The notes under the pieces are model-generated. The model saw only the letters and a list, made by a program, of their open reading frames with translations, did no database searches and was not told where the DNA came from. Of a DNA stretch of 60,995 nucleotides, positions 1 through 9,753 are shown in pieces. Positions within the stretch are counted from its first letter, which is position 1. Each line of letters opens with the position of its first letter. The translations under genes and the position numbers were made by a program. The stretch covers positions 1 to 60,995 of IMG/VR virus record IMGVR_UViG_3300025891_000004; one strand, written 5' to 3'. The DNA is from a virus (Duplodnaviria; Caudoviricetes).

Positions 1-191
1 GCACTGTGTAGAAGAAGTTGTTTCTTCTCGATCTGAGTCCAAGGGTCGCGTGAGGCAAGAATGTCCTTGACCCGAACGATAGCCTGTGCCGCTGTGATGT
101 CATACTCGGCTGCCATATCCTCCCCGGACCAACCGTTTGCGGCAGCACGAAGCAACCGGTCATCCCTAAGTGTTAAACCTGCCTCAGCCAC
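1..191 (-). CDS. Partial gene (runs off window start), probable terminase small subunit / HTH protein
   Basis: GTG at 191 reads MAEAGLTLRDDRLLRAAANGWSGEDMAAEYDITAAQAIVRVKDILASRDPW..., an HTH-like helix pattern. If the genome is circularised it lies upstream of the missing terminase and portal. Confidence 0.5.
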   Translation of the reverse strand, partial: MAEAGLTLRDDRLLRAAANGWSGEDMAAEYDITAAQAIVRVKDILASRDPWTQIEKKQLLLHS

Positions 192-300
192 GAATATCCC
201 TTAGGTCTTCGAGAAACTCACTAATGAGATTTTTCTCCTCGTAACTGTCTGCACACGACAGCACGTCTTGCCACTTATCTACTAACTCCTCTAGGTCCAT
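184..300 (-). CDS. Small hypothetical protein (38 aa), leaderless
   Basis: MDLEELVDKWQDVLSCADSYEEKNLISEFLEDLRDIRG*. TG-C-TAAGGT lies 6 nt before the ATG, and the stop overlaps the next GTG. Confidence 0.5.
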   Translation of the reverse strand: MDLEELVDKWQDVLSCADSYEEKNLISEFLEDLRDIRG

Positions 301-319
301 GCAATTACCTTAGCACATC

Positions 320-356
320 AAAACGGGGCCTACCACCGTGAAGGGTAGACCCCGCT
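320..356 (-). terminator. Probable intrinsic terminator after holin
   Basis: CGGGGCCTACC / GGTAGACCCCG hairpin with a short U-run on the minus strand. Confidence 0.5.
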
Positions 357-377
357 TCGTAGAATCGAATCACCACC

Positions 378-695
378 TCAGACGAGGGGCTTCACCAGCG
401 CATCCTGAGCAGCGCCACTAACACCGGTAGGCTTCCACAAACCGTAGTGAGACGAAACGGATACGACGAACGCAGGTAGAGCAGTAATTAGTGCTACACC
501 AATATCGTATACTTCGCCTGCTCCTAGTGAGCGTCCTAGTTCCACCAGCAATGATGTAACAAGGGTTAAACCTGCTAGCAGCCACGACTTGCGACCCGCC
601 GAAGTTACTTGGGTCGTGACAAGCCCCACTCCTACGGGCAGGATAAAGGCCACCAGCAACTGCACAACGGCAGCCAAGTCAAATGTCATCGTCAT
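378..695 (-). CDS. Holin-like membrane protein
   Basis: 105 aa with three hydrophobic segments, an actinophage-type C-terminal 'HYGLWKPTGVS' motif, and a GGAGG RBS. Confidence 0.65.
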   Translation of the reverse strand: MTMTFDLAAVVQLLVAFILPVGVGLVTTQVTSAGRKSWLLAGLTLVTSLLVELGRSLGAGEVYDIGVALITALPAFVVSVSSHYGLWKPTGVSGAAQDALVKPLV

Positions 696-729
696 TCAGA
701 ACCTCCTTGTAGTGAGAGATTTCAGTCTA

Positions 730-1830
730 TCAGAGAATCCGCTCGTCTTCAAACTGACCATCGTAAGTCACGAAGGACAGCATACCGGGCTGTGAGCCCT
801 CCCCCGATTGGTTGTCGAACCAAGTGCTACCACCGTCCGACGCAGGTCCGATGAACACCCAGCGTCCACCACTCTGATACTTGGTGCTGCTGTGCCAGTG
901 ACCTGCAAGCAAAATGTCCGCGTTCTGCATGTTGTTCCTGCGCCCATGAGACTGTCCAGCCCACCACTTACCGATAGAGTGCCATGCACCCGCCTGATGA
1001 CCGTGTACGGCCCCCAGGATGGTCCCAGAGGTCTCGATGGTCAACGACTCCATCAGAGGAGCCGGGCGAGCGCATGTAACATGCTCAAAACCGGGTCGTC
1101 CAGTAAGTACGTCCTCGACCTGGTAACTGATCTCTAGTCCGAAGTCGTCATCCGCAGTCGATGCGGGGGACTTGGGTCCGATTCGCACAGAGCCGTGGTT
1201 GGAGGGCACCGAGATGTACGTCAACTTCGGAGCCAAAGGAGCCAGCAGCATGATCGCTTCGAGAACGGTACGCCGAGCAATCCTGATCTGCTCCGTGAGG
1301 TTTCGGTCGTTTGTCTGGCGTTGTGAACTGGTGTTCATAAAGTTCTCGATCACGTCACCGAGTTCTGCGAGCACGATCTCCTGCGGTCGCACGATCTTGA
1401 TGCGTTCTACGGCCTTGTGCAACGACTCTGAGACCCTAATAGCCATCTCAGGGGTTCCACCTCTGATCTCGTGGGCCTTACCCACCTGAAGGTCGGTCAT
1501 GCACAGGACGAACGTCTTGCTCGTCGGCTGATATGAGGTGGGCGTGTAAACGTAGTCGGTGAGGGCTTGATCGAAGTCGTCATAGGACAAGGCTTCGAGC
1601 ATCGCGGCCTTGGCAGGCGAGTAAGTGATCTTCTCGTAACTGCCATCTGCGAGACGCAGGGTGCGCCCTCGGGATGTGATGATCGCGTTGGGAATCCCAA
1701 AAACCGAGTCCACATCTTCCAGCATGTGTTGCTTGTGCCGTCTGATGGTGCTCTCTCCAACTCCGATGGAGTGGGCGTTTGCTACGTTAGATAGGTTTGG
1801 GTCGATTTGACTGCAAATTTCACAACGCAA
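730..1830 (-). CDS. Calcineurin-like metallophosphoesterase (Mre11-like) with N-terminal Zn/HTH region
   Basis: Motifs TDLQVG, LGDVIE, PSNHG, AVHGH and AGHWH; TTG start after AGAAGGAGG. Confidence 0.8.
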   Translation of the reverse strand: MRCEICSQIDPNLSNVANAHSIGVGESTIRRHKQHMLEDVDSVFGIPNAIITSRGRTLRLADGSYEKITYSPAKAAMLEALSYDDFDQALTDYVYTPTSYQPTSKTFVLCMTDLQVGKAHEIRGGTPEMAIRVSESLHKAVERIKIVRPQEIVLAELGDVIENFMNTSSQRQTNDRNLTEQIRIARRTVLEAIMLLAPLAPKLTYISVPSNHGSVRIGPKSPASTADDDFGLEISYQVEDVLTGRPGFEHVTCARPAPLMESLTIETSGTILGAVHGHQAGAWHSIGKWWAGQSHGRRNNMQNADILLAGHWHSSTKYQSGGRWVFIGPASDGGSTWFDNQSGEGSQPGMLSFVTYDGQFEDERIL

Positions 1831-1887
1831 GGAACAGCCTCCTTCTGTTAGATCAACACTACCAGAAAACCGGCGACTGCGTTCTCG

Positions 1888-2559
1888 TCAAAGTCCGAAG
1901 ATTCGAGCGAGGATAACGAGGAGTGCGCCGCTGAAGAGACCGACGAAGCCGGTTATCTGCGAGTTACTGGCTCGACGTTCTACGGTGGTATCGGCGGTGA
2001 CCTTCTTTTCGGTGCGGAGTTCGCTTACCAGCGTCTTCAGATCATTGAGGCCAGTGGTGAGACCGCTGATAGCGAGAGAGAAGGTCGTGCCCTGCTGCTC
2101 CATCTGCTCTTTACCGGCTAAGGTGGCCTTCTCTGTCGCCAACTGCGAAGCGATGGTCTGCTGATCGCGGGCCTTCTCGGCCGCTGCCAACGCAGCCTGC
2201 ACAGCCCTCTCGGCGGCGATCATGGCGGTAGACAGGGCCTTCTCGTCGCCAGCCTTTAGTTCCAGGCGGTGCTGCGCCTGATCGGCCTTCATCTCAAGGC
2301 GGTGAGTCTCTTTGATCTCCAACTCGCGTTTGAGGGCAGCGATCTCCGACCCGATCACCCGAACCTCGCCGTCGCGCTTCGCCGCTGTGAGTTTCTCCAG
2401 GTTCTCGATGTTGAGGAGTATCTGCTCGGCGGTGCGCTCGGTCGGGTCTGGGATGGGTCGCACGTTACCGGAGGCGGACATGTCTTCGCTCATGGGCGCA
2501 CACCTATTAACGTCACGATATTCTCCTAGGGCCTTTGTTGAGTGCGTTATACACATCAC
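1888..2559 (-). CDS. Coiled-coil protein with C-terminal membrane anchor (possibly lysis-associated); start uncertain
   Basis: Ala/Glu/Lys-rich heptads and a C-terminal hydrophobic helix; GC-richer than its flanks. Confidence 0.55.
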   Translation of the reverse strand: MMCITHSTKALGEYRDVNRCAPMSEDMSASGNVRPIPDPTERTAEQILLNIENLEKLTAAKRDGEVRVIGSEIAALKRELEIKETHRLEMKADQAQHRLELKAGDEKALSTAMIAAERAVQAALAAAEKARDQQTIASQLATEKATLAGKEQMEQQGTTFSLAISGLTTGLNDLKTLVSELRTEKKVTADTTVERRASNSQITGFVGLFSGALLVILARIFGL

Positions 2560-2577
2560 GCCTAGTCTATCAGTAAC

Positions 2578-2608
2578 AAAAGGGAACCCCCACCGAAGCA
2601 GGGGTTCC
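2578..2608 (-). terminator. Probable intrinsic terminator
   Basis: GGAACCCC / GGGGTTCC 8-bp stem followed by U residues on the minus strand. Confidence 0.55.
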
Positions 2609-2789
2609 TGTGGCGAAGGTCGAGGTCAACTAGTTACGATAATCTTACCGTCATTGTACCAATGACCGTTTCCGTACGGCCACGAGTAGGGGTAATACGG
2701 TGTATATGCGTCACCAGTCTCGGTGGTCGTTGTAATCCGCTTAACAAGGTTGCCCTCGTCGTCGAACTCCTCGGTCACAACTGTTTTGC

Positions 2790-3077
2790 TCATTGGAGAG
2801 CCTCCTTGAGTATCTCGGGTAGTGGGTTTATCTGCGGAACGTTGAAATGAGTTGCCACTGCATCTTTCCGCCAAATGAGTTTGTGCTCGGGGTTGTCATC
2901 GGCAAACGCGAATACAAATTGGTTTCCTGACACACGCCCGTTGTGAATGCTGAATCGTCCGTCATCCACAATAGATGCAGGGCTGAGCCCCTCTGCCATG
3001 AGCCAATCTACAAGTAGTTCTCTAATTTCTCGGGTCAAACGATCAACCTTAACTCGTGCCATCTCATCCTCCTTCAA
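2790..3077 (-). CDS. Hypothetical protein
   Basis: ORF with AGGAGG RBS before MARVKVD; tightly coupled to the downstream small ORF. Confidence 0.55.
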   Translation of the reverse strand: MKEDEMARVKVDRLTREIRELLVDWLMAEGLSPASIVDDGRFSIHNGRVSGNQFVFAFADDNPEHKLIWRKDAVATHFNVPQINPLPEILKEALQ

Positions 3078-3556
3078 GTTATCCCGTTACGGCGTGTAAC
3101 CGATCTGTAATCGTACCTCGGACTCCGATTTCCCAGTGGCTATGGCATACATCAAGATCAATTGTTCAATCATCGCATGCGGGTCGTTGTCCATGGTACT
3201 AGTCTACCCGTTAGCGGGCAATAGGATATCAAAAATGATACACAATTGACGTTATTGCATCAAGAGTAGGTCATTACGCGAACTATAAACAATCTGTTTT
3301 GCGTTGCCAAACAAGTCCATTTCGTATTCCTGAACCGCCCAGGTGACCCCTGTCAGTGTGCAGTTAGTAAAAATCTCGTGCTCAGAAAATTACTAACTGC
3401 GTACTCACTGGCTGTAGAAGTCTTCGATTGTGGCTATAATTCGGTCTAACGCTTCCTCATCTGTGTAGCAAGAGTCCAAAATTGCCTTGATACGGTACCG
3501 CAAAGGGATGGTTCTGAGGTGAACCGTCACGTACATATGTAGGTCTCTACTGACCA

Positions 3557-3778
3557 TTAGAGGACTGCCTTGAAGATGAAATCGGCCTCAAAACCACTTG
3601 GACCTGCGTTGTAGGACACGGAGTAATCATTTAGAGCGTTTACATACCGCGCGTCCGACGAACTGACGATCTCGTATTCGTCGTCACCGTAGTATAGTCC
3701 AGCAATTGCCCAAGCACCCTCTTCCATCTCTGCTCGGTCGGTTCCCTGCACAGTCATTTCTAGTCTTACCGTTGCCAT
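3557..3778 (-). CDS. Hypothetical protein
   Basis: 73 aa ORF with GAGG RBS, in operon-like packing. Confidence 0.55.
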   Translation of the reverse strand: MATVRLEMTVQGTDRAEMEEGAWAIAGLYYGDDEYEIVSSSDARYVNALNDYSVSYNAGPSGFEADFIFKAVL

Positions 3779-4098
3779 GTTAACCTCTTATCCAGATAGT
3801 GAACCACTTTACAATTCCGTAGCATCCGGAAGCGATAATCCGAGCGACCCGGTTCGGGTACATGTCTTCTGTCATGGGATCGGGGCGAAGTCGGCGGCGA
3901 TGTGCCAGGCGAACCAGGCAGCGAAGAAGCCGAATACACCAAACCAGACAAAACGTCCCCACGTCTTGCGAGTGTGGAGCCACCTCTGGAAGTGCTCACT
4001 TAGCGTGTCGTCCTTCTCCTTGTTGAGTACGGCCGGAATCTCGATGGCGAAGAACATGGCTATCCAAAGAATCCAGCCCAGCGTCCACATGGTCATGG

Positions 4099-4299
4099 TC
4101 ATCCCTTCGCTTCGTCTATAAGGTATATTACGCCCAGCGCTATGAACGCGAGCACTGTGAGGGGCCACAGCGGAAACGCAAGTGCTATCCGTGCGCCCCA
4201 CTTTCTCTCTACGTCGATGTACGACGCAGCCGCTGCACCCCCGATGATAAGAGTGAGCGCGCCGCCCAGCAAGTAACATGCAAGTAGTGTCTCTATCAT
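4099..4299 (-). CDS. Small membrane protein
   Basis: Two hydrophobic helices with a 'LWPL' motif; overlaps a second small membrane ORF (about 3872-4102, MTMTMWTLGW...). Confidence 0.55.
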   Translation of the reverse strand: MIETLLACYLLGGALTLIIGGAAAASYIDVERKWGARIALAFPLWPLTVLAFIALGVIYLIDEAKG

Positions 4300-4552
4300 G
4301 GTCTCCCCTCCTGATACCGGGCTAGGGCCTCGTATACCGTATCGTACGCGGCATCCTTTTCTCTGGTACCATCTTCCGCGACGTATAGCACGGTCAGCGC
4401 GTATCGTTCCTTGATCTGCTGCTCACGGGTTGTCATGATCCTACGCTAGCAGGTTCCTCGCCTCACCGCAACCGCTATCTCAGCATTTGGACAAAGAAAA
4501 CCGGCCCATGATGGCCGCTAAGGCCAACAGAGGGGACCGGTGTCTAATGAGA

Positions 4553-5305
4553 TCAGTGGCGAGCCTTGGCCTCGGGTGAGGCCGCGATCTCGGTCCAGAC
4601 CTGCTTGATGGTCCGGCCCTTCTGCCACTCCATGATATTCGCTGATGTCGGGGCGCGGCCCAGGAGTGTGTGGTAGGCGGCGCGTACGGTGCCCGTCTCG
4701 GCCGGGTTGGCGCGGAACGCGGTGAGGAATCGGGCTGCGGTCCAGCCGCGAGTGGCGTCGTACCAGCCTGCGATCTCATCGAGTGACCCGGTGCGGTTGC
4801 AGAGGTCACGGTAAGTGCGTTCAATCAGGGGAATCATGTCATCATCCTTTGTGAATGTGGTCGTGGGTGTTGTTGCTGTGGGGGCGTTCATTGGAGTGCC
4901 TACGAATTCCCAGTGCCACGGTTCGTGTTCGCCGTTGTTGGAGTTGTAATCCTTAGCCCAGTCTGGGTTGATCCACCCATAAAGCGGGGCATTGGCCTCG
5001 AACCACTTGTGCTCGTCACTGCCGTCCACATTGACTCGGGAGGCCGCATCAATGGCAATACCCCATCCGTGGTTGGACGTTCCTGGTGTGGCGGCGAACT
5101 TGCCTTTGGTCTTCTTGAGGGAAACTTGTGTTGCGTAGGTGCGATAGGCATCACTGAGATATAGAGGCTTGTGGAACTCAGCCTCGAATGCTGCCGCGAG
5201 TAGGTTCATCCAGTGTGCAGCGTCAGGGCGCAACCGCAAGTGATCCACCTCGGGCCAACCGAGATAGGCCAGCATCGAGTCAGGAAGTCTGCCATTGAGG
5301 GCCAC
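4553..5305 (-). CDS. Endolysin, M15 (VanY-like) Zn peptidase with C-terminal putative cell-wall-binding repeats
   Basis: AYRTY..Q, SNHGWGIAID (SxHxxGxAxD) and EPWHWE motifs; Thr/Pro linker; two 'Y..L..R......W' repeats. Confidence 0.88.
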   Translation of the reverse strand: MALNGRLPDSMLAYLGWPEVDHLRLRPDAAHWMNLLAAAFEAEFHKPLYLSDAYRTYATQVSLKKTKGKFAATPGTSNHGWGIAIDAASRVNVDGSDEHKWFEANAPLYGWINPDWAKDYNSNNGEHEPWHWEFVGTPMNAPTATTPTTTFTKDDDMIPLIERTYRDLCNRTGSLDEIAGWYDATRGWTAARFLTAFRANPAETGTVRAAYHTLLGRAPTSANIMEWQKGRTIKQVWTEIAASPEAKARH

Positions 5306-5318
5306 TACAATACCTCTT

Positions 5319-5741
5319 TCATATGCATGTCCAATATTCTATCAGGCTTCTCGATGATCCACGACTTTGCATCAGAGCCCGCAGTCTTGGTGCCGAGTCG
5401 GGTGTCGGATCAAGCATGGCTACGAACGTCTCCTGGTCTACCTCAATCGTGTGACGATCCCATCTCAGCATGTGGTCCGCTGTGCGACCCTCGATGATGC
5501 AGGCATCGCAGCAGTAGTTGTCTACCAAAAGGGTCTCACTTTTGATACCCTTTTGGCTACTGCGTGGCGGGGTGACAAGTCCATACCCGTGTGCTTTTAG
5601 CGCCATCACGACGTAGCCGTATGTCAGCGGATTGGGTGGCGGCACAACGAGTTGGGGGAGGTGGGAGACCTTCACTGCTCCATCATCGTCTACCACGACC
5701 TCAACCGTCCAACTATCGTCTCGTTCCCATTTCTCAATCAT
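5319..5741 (-). CDS. Hypothetical protein
   Basis: 140 aa ORF overlapping the upstream ORF by 4 nt; CCDAC motif. Confidence 0.5.
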   Translation of the reverse strand: MIEKWERDDSWTVEVVVDDDGAVKVSHLPQLVVPPPNPLTYGYVVMALKAHGYGLVTPPRSSQKGIKSETLLVDNYCCDACIIEGRTADHMLRWDRHTIEVDQETFVAMLDPTPDSAPRLRALMQSRGSSRSLIEYWTCI

Positions 5742-6199
5742 GCTCGGTACCCGTTGTCAGAGATGAGATGACCAACCCTGATCTCGTGGACTACCTCATC
5801 ACCTTGAAACACATCAGTCTGGGTCTCAACGCTGTACCCGTGATTGAAGATCGAAAACTTGATAACATCATCAGTAGACCCGCCCCACATCTTGTTCAGG
5901 GCCAATCTGATTTGAACCTTGGCTCCATGCTTGGTAGTGTGCTTGGGGTCTTCAGAGTCGAATACCAATACAAATTTGTCTTCAGAGCGATAGCGGACAT
6001 ATAGACCCCGCCAGTCGAAAAATAGTTCTCCAACGTCTTCCATGCGGGTTGGCTCGTAGTCTGGTAGATATGTCAGCAACTCGTTTATCGCCTGGTCGAT
6101 CTTGGTAACGCGAATCGAGTTTAGCATGATTTCTGATTCTCCTTCGTATGACCGCACCGTAGCCTGTTGCCCGGTAACGCATCTATACCAGCGTAGCAC
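5738..6199 (-). CDS. Hypothetical protein (start probably at MLNSIR, ~6128)
   Basis: ORF with a GAAGGAG RBS before the internal ATG. Confidence 0.5.
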   Translation of the reverse strand: MLRWYRCVTGQQATVRSYEGESEIMLNSIRVTKIDQAINELLTYLPDYEPTRMEDVGELFFDWRGLYVRYRSEDKFVLVFDSEDPKHTTKHGAKVQIRLALNKMWGGSTDDVIKFSIFNHGYSVETQTDVFQGDEVVHEIRVGHLISDNGYRA

Positions 6200-6533
6200 A
6201 GTGCGATCACATTTTAAGATGTAACCGTATCATGACATTCTAGTGATGTCATCATATCGTGACATAGTGATGACCGGCCCTGGACCTCTCGGCGGAACCG
6301 GTCTTGGCAAACTTGAACTCAATGGGTAACGAGATGAACGTGACGCAGTGGACGTGGCCGTCGTCGTGGCCTTCAATGTCGCAACCCCGCCATTAGGGGT
6401 CGGCCCCATCCACTAGTCAAAACTGGCTCCACCAATTTGAGGATGTCTGGCACTCTGTTGCACCATTCAACAAATAATGAACGGTGTCAGCCAACTCTAG
6501 CCTAGGTGGGGCGCTATTGGTATAAGCGTATCA

Positions 6534-7064
6534 CTATCTCGACTTGTCTACTTTCATCGCGCGATACATCAAAATTTTGAACAGGCGCTCCGGGAACGGT
6601 AGGCGATTTTTGTTGATCGTAGCCCGCTTGACGATCTTCACCTGCTCGAACCAGGGGGCCGTGACATCAACATACCAGAGCCCGCAACCACGAGGAACCT
6701 CAGTCACCGGGATAATATTAGGAGGGCACACGTAGATAAATCGATCCGTGACCGATTGCCAGCCCCTCCGCTTCTCCTCGGTCTCTCGTTTGAAGTCGGC
6801 ATAACTGACCTTGATCTCAATAGCCGTGTACGTGTTGCTGTTGTACATCAGCAAATCAATCCTACGCTCGCGTGGCACGAATTTGTAACACATCGTCTTC
6901 TGTGCCTCTGTTACCGTATCCTTACCAATGTTTGCGGCTCTCAGCGCTATCCACGCATCTGCTACTGTATCATCGGTCAGCGTCAGTTCGGTGACGAATG
7001 CGGCTCGCGGATAGTACCGCGCCAAGCACCTAACGATGTCCTTCGCCTTTACTTTCTCTCCCAT
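6534..7064 (-). CDS. MmcB-like PD-(D/E)xK nuclease-fold protein
   Basis: RRIDLL...AIEIKVSYADFKRE...RFIYVCP...GCGLW pattern; leaderless TACGCT-N6-ATG. Confidence 0.7.
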   Translation of the reverse strand: MGEKVKAKDIVRCLARYYPRAAFVTELTLTDDTVADAWIALRAANIGKDTVTEAQKTMCYKFVPRERRIDLLMYNSNTYTAIEIKVSYADFKRETEEKRRGWQSVTDRFIYVCPPNIIPVTEVPRGCGLWYVDVTAPWFEQVKIVKRATINKNRLPFPERLFKILMYRAMKVDKSR

Positions 7065-8400
7065 GATGCCAGCGTATCAGAGTTTCGGACTTTTGGGTAG
7101 GGGGGAAATGAAAAAATTGCGTCCGAACCTGTACCCCATCCCTGGCTCGTACACCCGTTCGATGATTTCGGGTCTTTCATGCTGATACGATTCGTCTCAC
7201 ATAGTGAGCCGATCAGCATACCCCCCGGGGTACCCTACCCTAGCCCATCACATCTCATATGTTGGACACAATCCACATGGTGGACGGATACCCTACGGGG
7301 TATAGGTATGTAGATACTTACCTATGGTAACTACCGATACTTACCTCAGGTAACTATACAATCCACATCATGAGACTATCTGTCTCACATAGTGGACACG
7401 TGATCTGGCCTCGTATGCGCGCGCCCGTGCTCAGCCGCTACTCATATGTGGACATATGCCTAATATCCACCACAGTAACCATGATCTATATGTGCTTACG
7501 TGCCCGTACTCATGATCATCATGCTCTCCTGGGGTGATCGGACCTAAAACCCTATTTGATCATGGCTAGGGCCTGTTTCTGGGCGTGCCCTGGGGGGAGG
7601 GGGGTCACATGTGCGCGTGAGTGTGGGTGTGGGGGTGCACTGTCAAGCACGCTTTACACCCTGATACCCCATACTTAGCCTCCCCTTACCTATACCCTGC
7701 ACACAGCACCACTACCCTGTACCTAGCAGGGTATGTAACCGTACCCAATGAGGACATACCTACCCATACCAGGGAGCCTATGGTCATGGGACGATGCTCA
7801 GCATATGGGATACATCCATGTCAGCCTATGGGATAGTACCCCAATCTCATATCCACATCCATCTATATACGCAGGTCATAGCGTTATACGCATACACGCA
7901 TACATATTCGTAGCGTGTAAACTTGGCACGCTCTCCCTGTAACGCATACGTTGATCTCGATGGGCCGTCCTACCGGGGCTGGCCTGGGTGCACAGCAGGA
8001 GCCGCAGTAGGGCCCCAACCCAGGACCAACGGGGACCGCGACCAGAGTCCGGGGCAGGTTAGGCCCGATGATGCACAGCGACGACGGTCCGGCTCAGGCC
8101 ACACGTGCAGCGCCACGGATTAGCGGCGTGGTTCCCTGAGTGTCACTCCGGTTCGTATGGGTGCGGGTCAATCCCGCGCCGCTCTACCACCACACTCCAC
8201 TAGCCTCACGCGAGGCAACGTTTGGCGCGGACTCACGATCCGGTGTGCGTGGCAACTACATCACCCGTTCTAACGATGGGGAACGATCATGGGGCCCAGG
8301 ATCAGAGCATGGTTTCGCGCGGGATACCTAGAGGCGTTAGGCGACGTTCTCGCAAAATTGGACGACGGAGGCGAGGATGCCGCTCGCCAATGGATCGCTG
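7065..8400. other. Divergent non-coding gap rich in short palindromes and repeats; candidate genome-end / terminal-repeat and early-promoter region
   Basis: No credible ORFs; strand switch point; repeated TCTCACATAGTG and ATCCACAT words; G/C runs. Confidence 0.5.
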
Positions 8401-8496
8401 ACAACACCTGAGCGACTGAGCATGTGCCACGGTTCACCCGTGGCATGTGTCCTTTTTCTCAGCACACGATCATACACACGTTCTAACGGAGGCATC

Positions 8497-8634
8497 ATGA
8501 AGCGCTTTGCCATTAGGGATATCGACCTTGGTATCTCCCGCACCATTGAAGCAAGTGACGCCCGTAGCGCTGAGCGTATCTACCGAATCATGTTTTGCGC
8601 CCCGTACTCCCGTATCCGGGTGATCCTGTACTAA
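8497..8634 (+). CDS. Small early protein
   Basis: MKRFAIRDIDLG... after a GGAGG RBS. Confidence 0.6.
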   Translation: MKRFAIRDIDLGISRTIEASDARSAERIYRIMFCAPYSRIRVILY

Positions 8635-8823
8635 CCAACCCAACACCAACCAATCACCTAGCGCCAGACGTTGACTCACCCGCTAGCCTCGAAAGCGAAT
8701 GGGGAATGAGATTCCGAGCGTTATCTAGGTGATTGGCAGATATGAGCGATTGAGCATCGACCCCGAGCAATCGGTGTCGGTGTCCTTTTTCTCAGAATCC
8801 AACTAACAGAATGGAAGTGTATT

Positions 8824-9012
8824 ATGCGCGATTCGTATGCACCCCGTAGTGGTGTCGAATTCGTGGAGAAGGATGGCAAGTATGTTCAGACCTACCCCAA
8901 CGCCGTACTGCGAGAGAAGTCCCGACTCGACGCCTACATGGTGGCGTGGCGTGCCACGCACAAGTCAACCCAGCAGTACGGGGCCGCACATTCCACATGG
9001 CTTGCACTCTGA
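8824..9012 (+). CDS. Small early protein (paralogue of 11417-11674)
   Basis: MRDSYAPRSGVEFVEKDGKYVQTYP. Confidence 0.6.
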   Translation: MRDSYAPRSGVEFVEKDGKYVQTYPNAVLREKSRLDAYMVAWRATHKSTQQYGAAHSTWLAL

Positions 9013-9085
9013 GCAATTGAGCATGAGACACGTTCACCCGTGTCTCGTGTCCTTTTTCTCACCTATCTCGTCTAATGGAGGCATT

Positions 9086-9205
9086 ATGTTCCCTTGCGTC
9101 GCTCGCCCCGGATCGTGCTTTGTTCACCTTGACGGTCCTTGCCAATGTTTTATCGGGGGCCCAGCGCCGGAATTTGTCCAGAATCCGAACCAATCGAAAG
9201 GATAA
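9086..9205 (+). CDS. Small Cys-rich early peptide
   Basis: MFPCVARPGSCFVHLDGPCQC... after GGAGG. Confidence 0.45.
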   Translation: MFPCVARPGSCFVHLDGPCQCFIGGPAPEFVQNPNQSKG

Positions 9206-9209
9206 GACA

Positions 9210-9500
9210 ATGGGTTACGGCCGTAAGGCTTGGGAAGTTGTCGGATACACCTACCAAGCCGAAACGCTTTGTCCCGCTTGCACACTGAGTGCATTGCCGA
9301 TGGGTGATGGCGAGACATTCGATGGGTGGTACGAAGTTGACGGCAACATGTCACCGGAGGACAACCTGAGCGAACTTGCAGCCGCTTTCGGCATTGATCG
9401 AATGGACGAATCGTCCTATGACTCGGGAGACTTCCCCAAGGTCATATTCTCATCCGACAGTGAAGGTGACCAGTGCGGCGGATGTGGGGAGATTCTTTAG
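9210..9500 (+). CDS. Early protein with two CxxC pairs (Zn-binding)
   Basis: MGYGRKAWEVVGYTYQAETLCPAC...DFPKVIF...QCGGCGEIL; GAAAGGA RBS. Confidence 0.65.
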   Translation: MGYGRKAWEVVGYTYQAETLCPACTLSALPMGDGETFDGWYEVDGNMSPEDNLSELAAAFGIDRMDESSYDSGDFPKVIFSSDSEGDQCGGCGEIL

Positions 9501-9753
9501 CATGCTTGACACGCTTTCATGTCTCACGGGTGACCGTGGGACGTGATGACATGCCAACCAACGGAAGGTTAGAATCATGAAACGCGATATCTGGTCCAGT
9601 GACCCAGACCGTACTACCCGCAACAATGACACGCGCACAAGTGAACAGGTCACGGCCAAAATACTTGATCCTGAATCTAGTTACGCGCAGTGGTGCGCCG
9701 AACAGATGGAACACTGAGCATTCCCAGCCGATCACAAGCGAAAGGGTAAGACT

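Larger units (their letters stand above)
8409..9061 (+). repeat. Three copies (8409-8461, 8743-8794, 9010-9061) of TGAGCRAYTGAGCAT-[variable hairpin]-GTGTCCTTTTTCTCA
   Basis: Conserved flanks with a covarying internal stem; each copy lies 25-35 nt upstream of a start codon. Confidence 0.85.

Noticed and set aside
8409-9061. CRISPR-like array from the repeated TGAGC...CTCA units
   Set aside because: Only three copies, separated by whole genes, with self-complementary inner parts. The Cas4-like gene is a typical stand-alone phage exonuclease.
9506-9534. Sigma-A promoters at TTGACA 9506 (also TTGACG 11098 and TTGACA 32932)
   Set aside because: No TAnnnT at 16-18 nt spacing; better explained as parts of hairpin, repeat or boxA motifs
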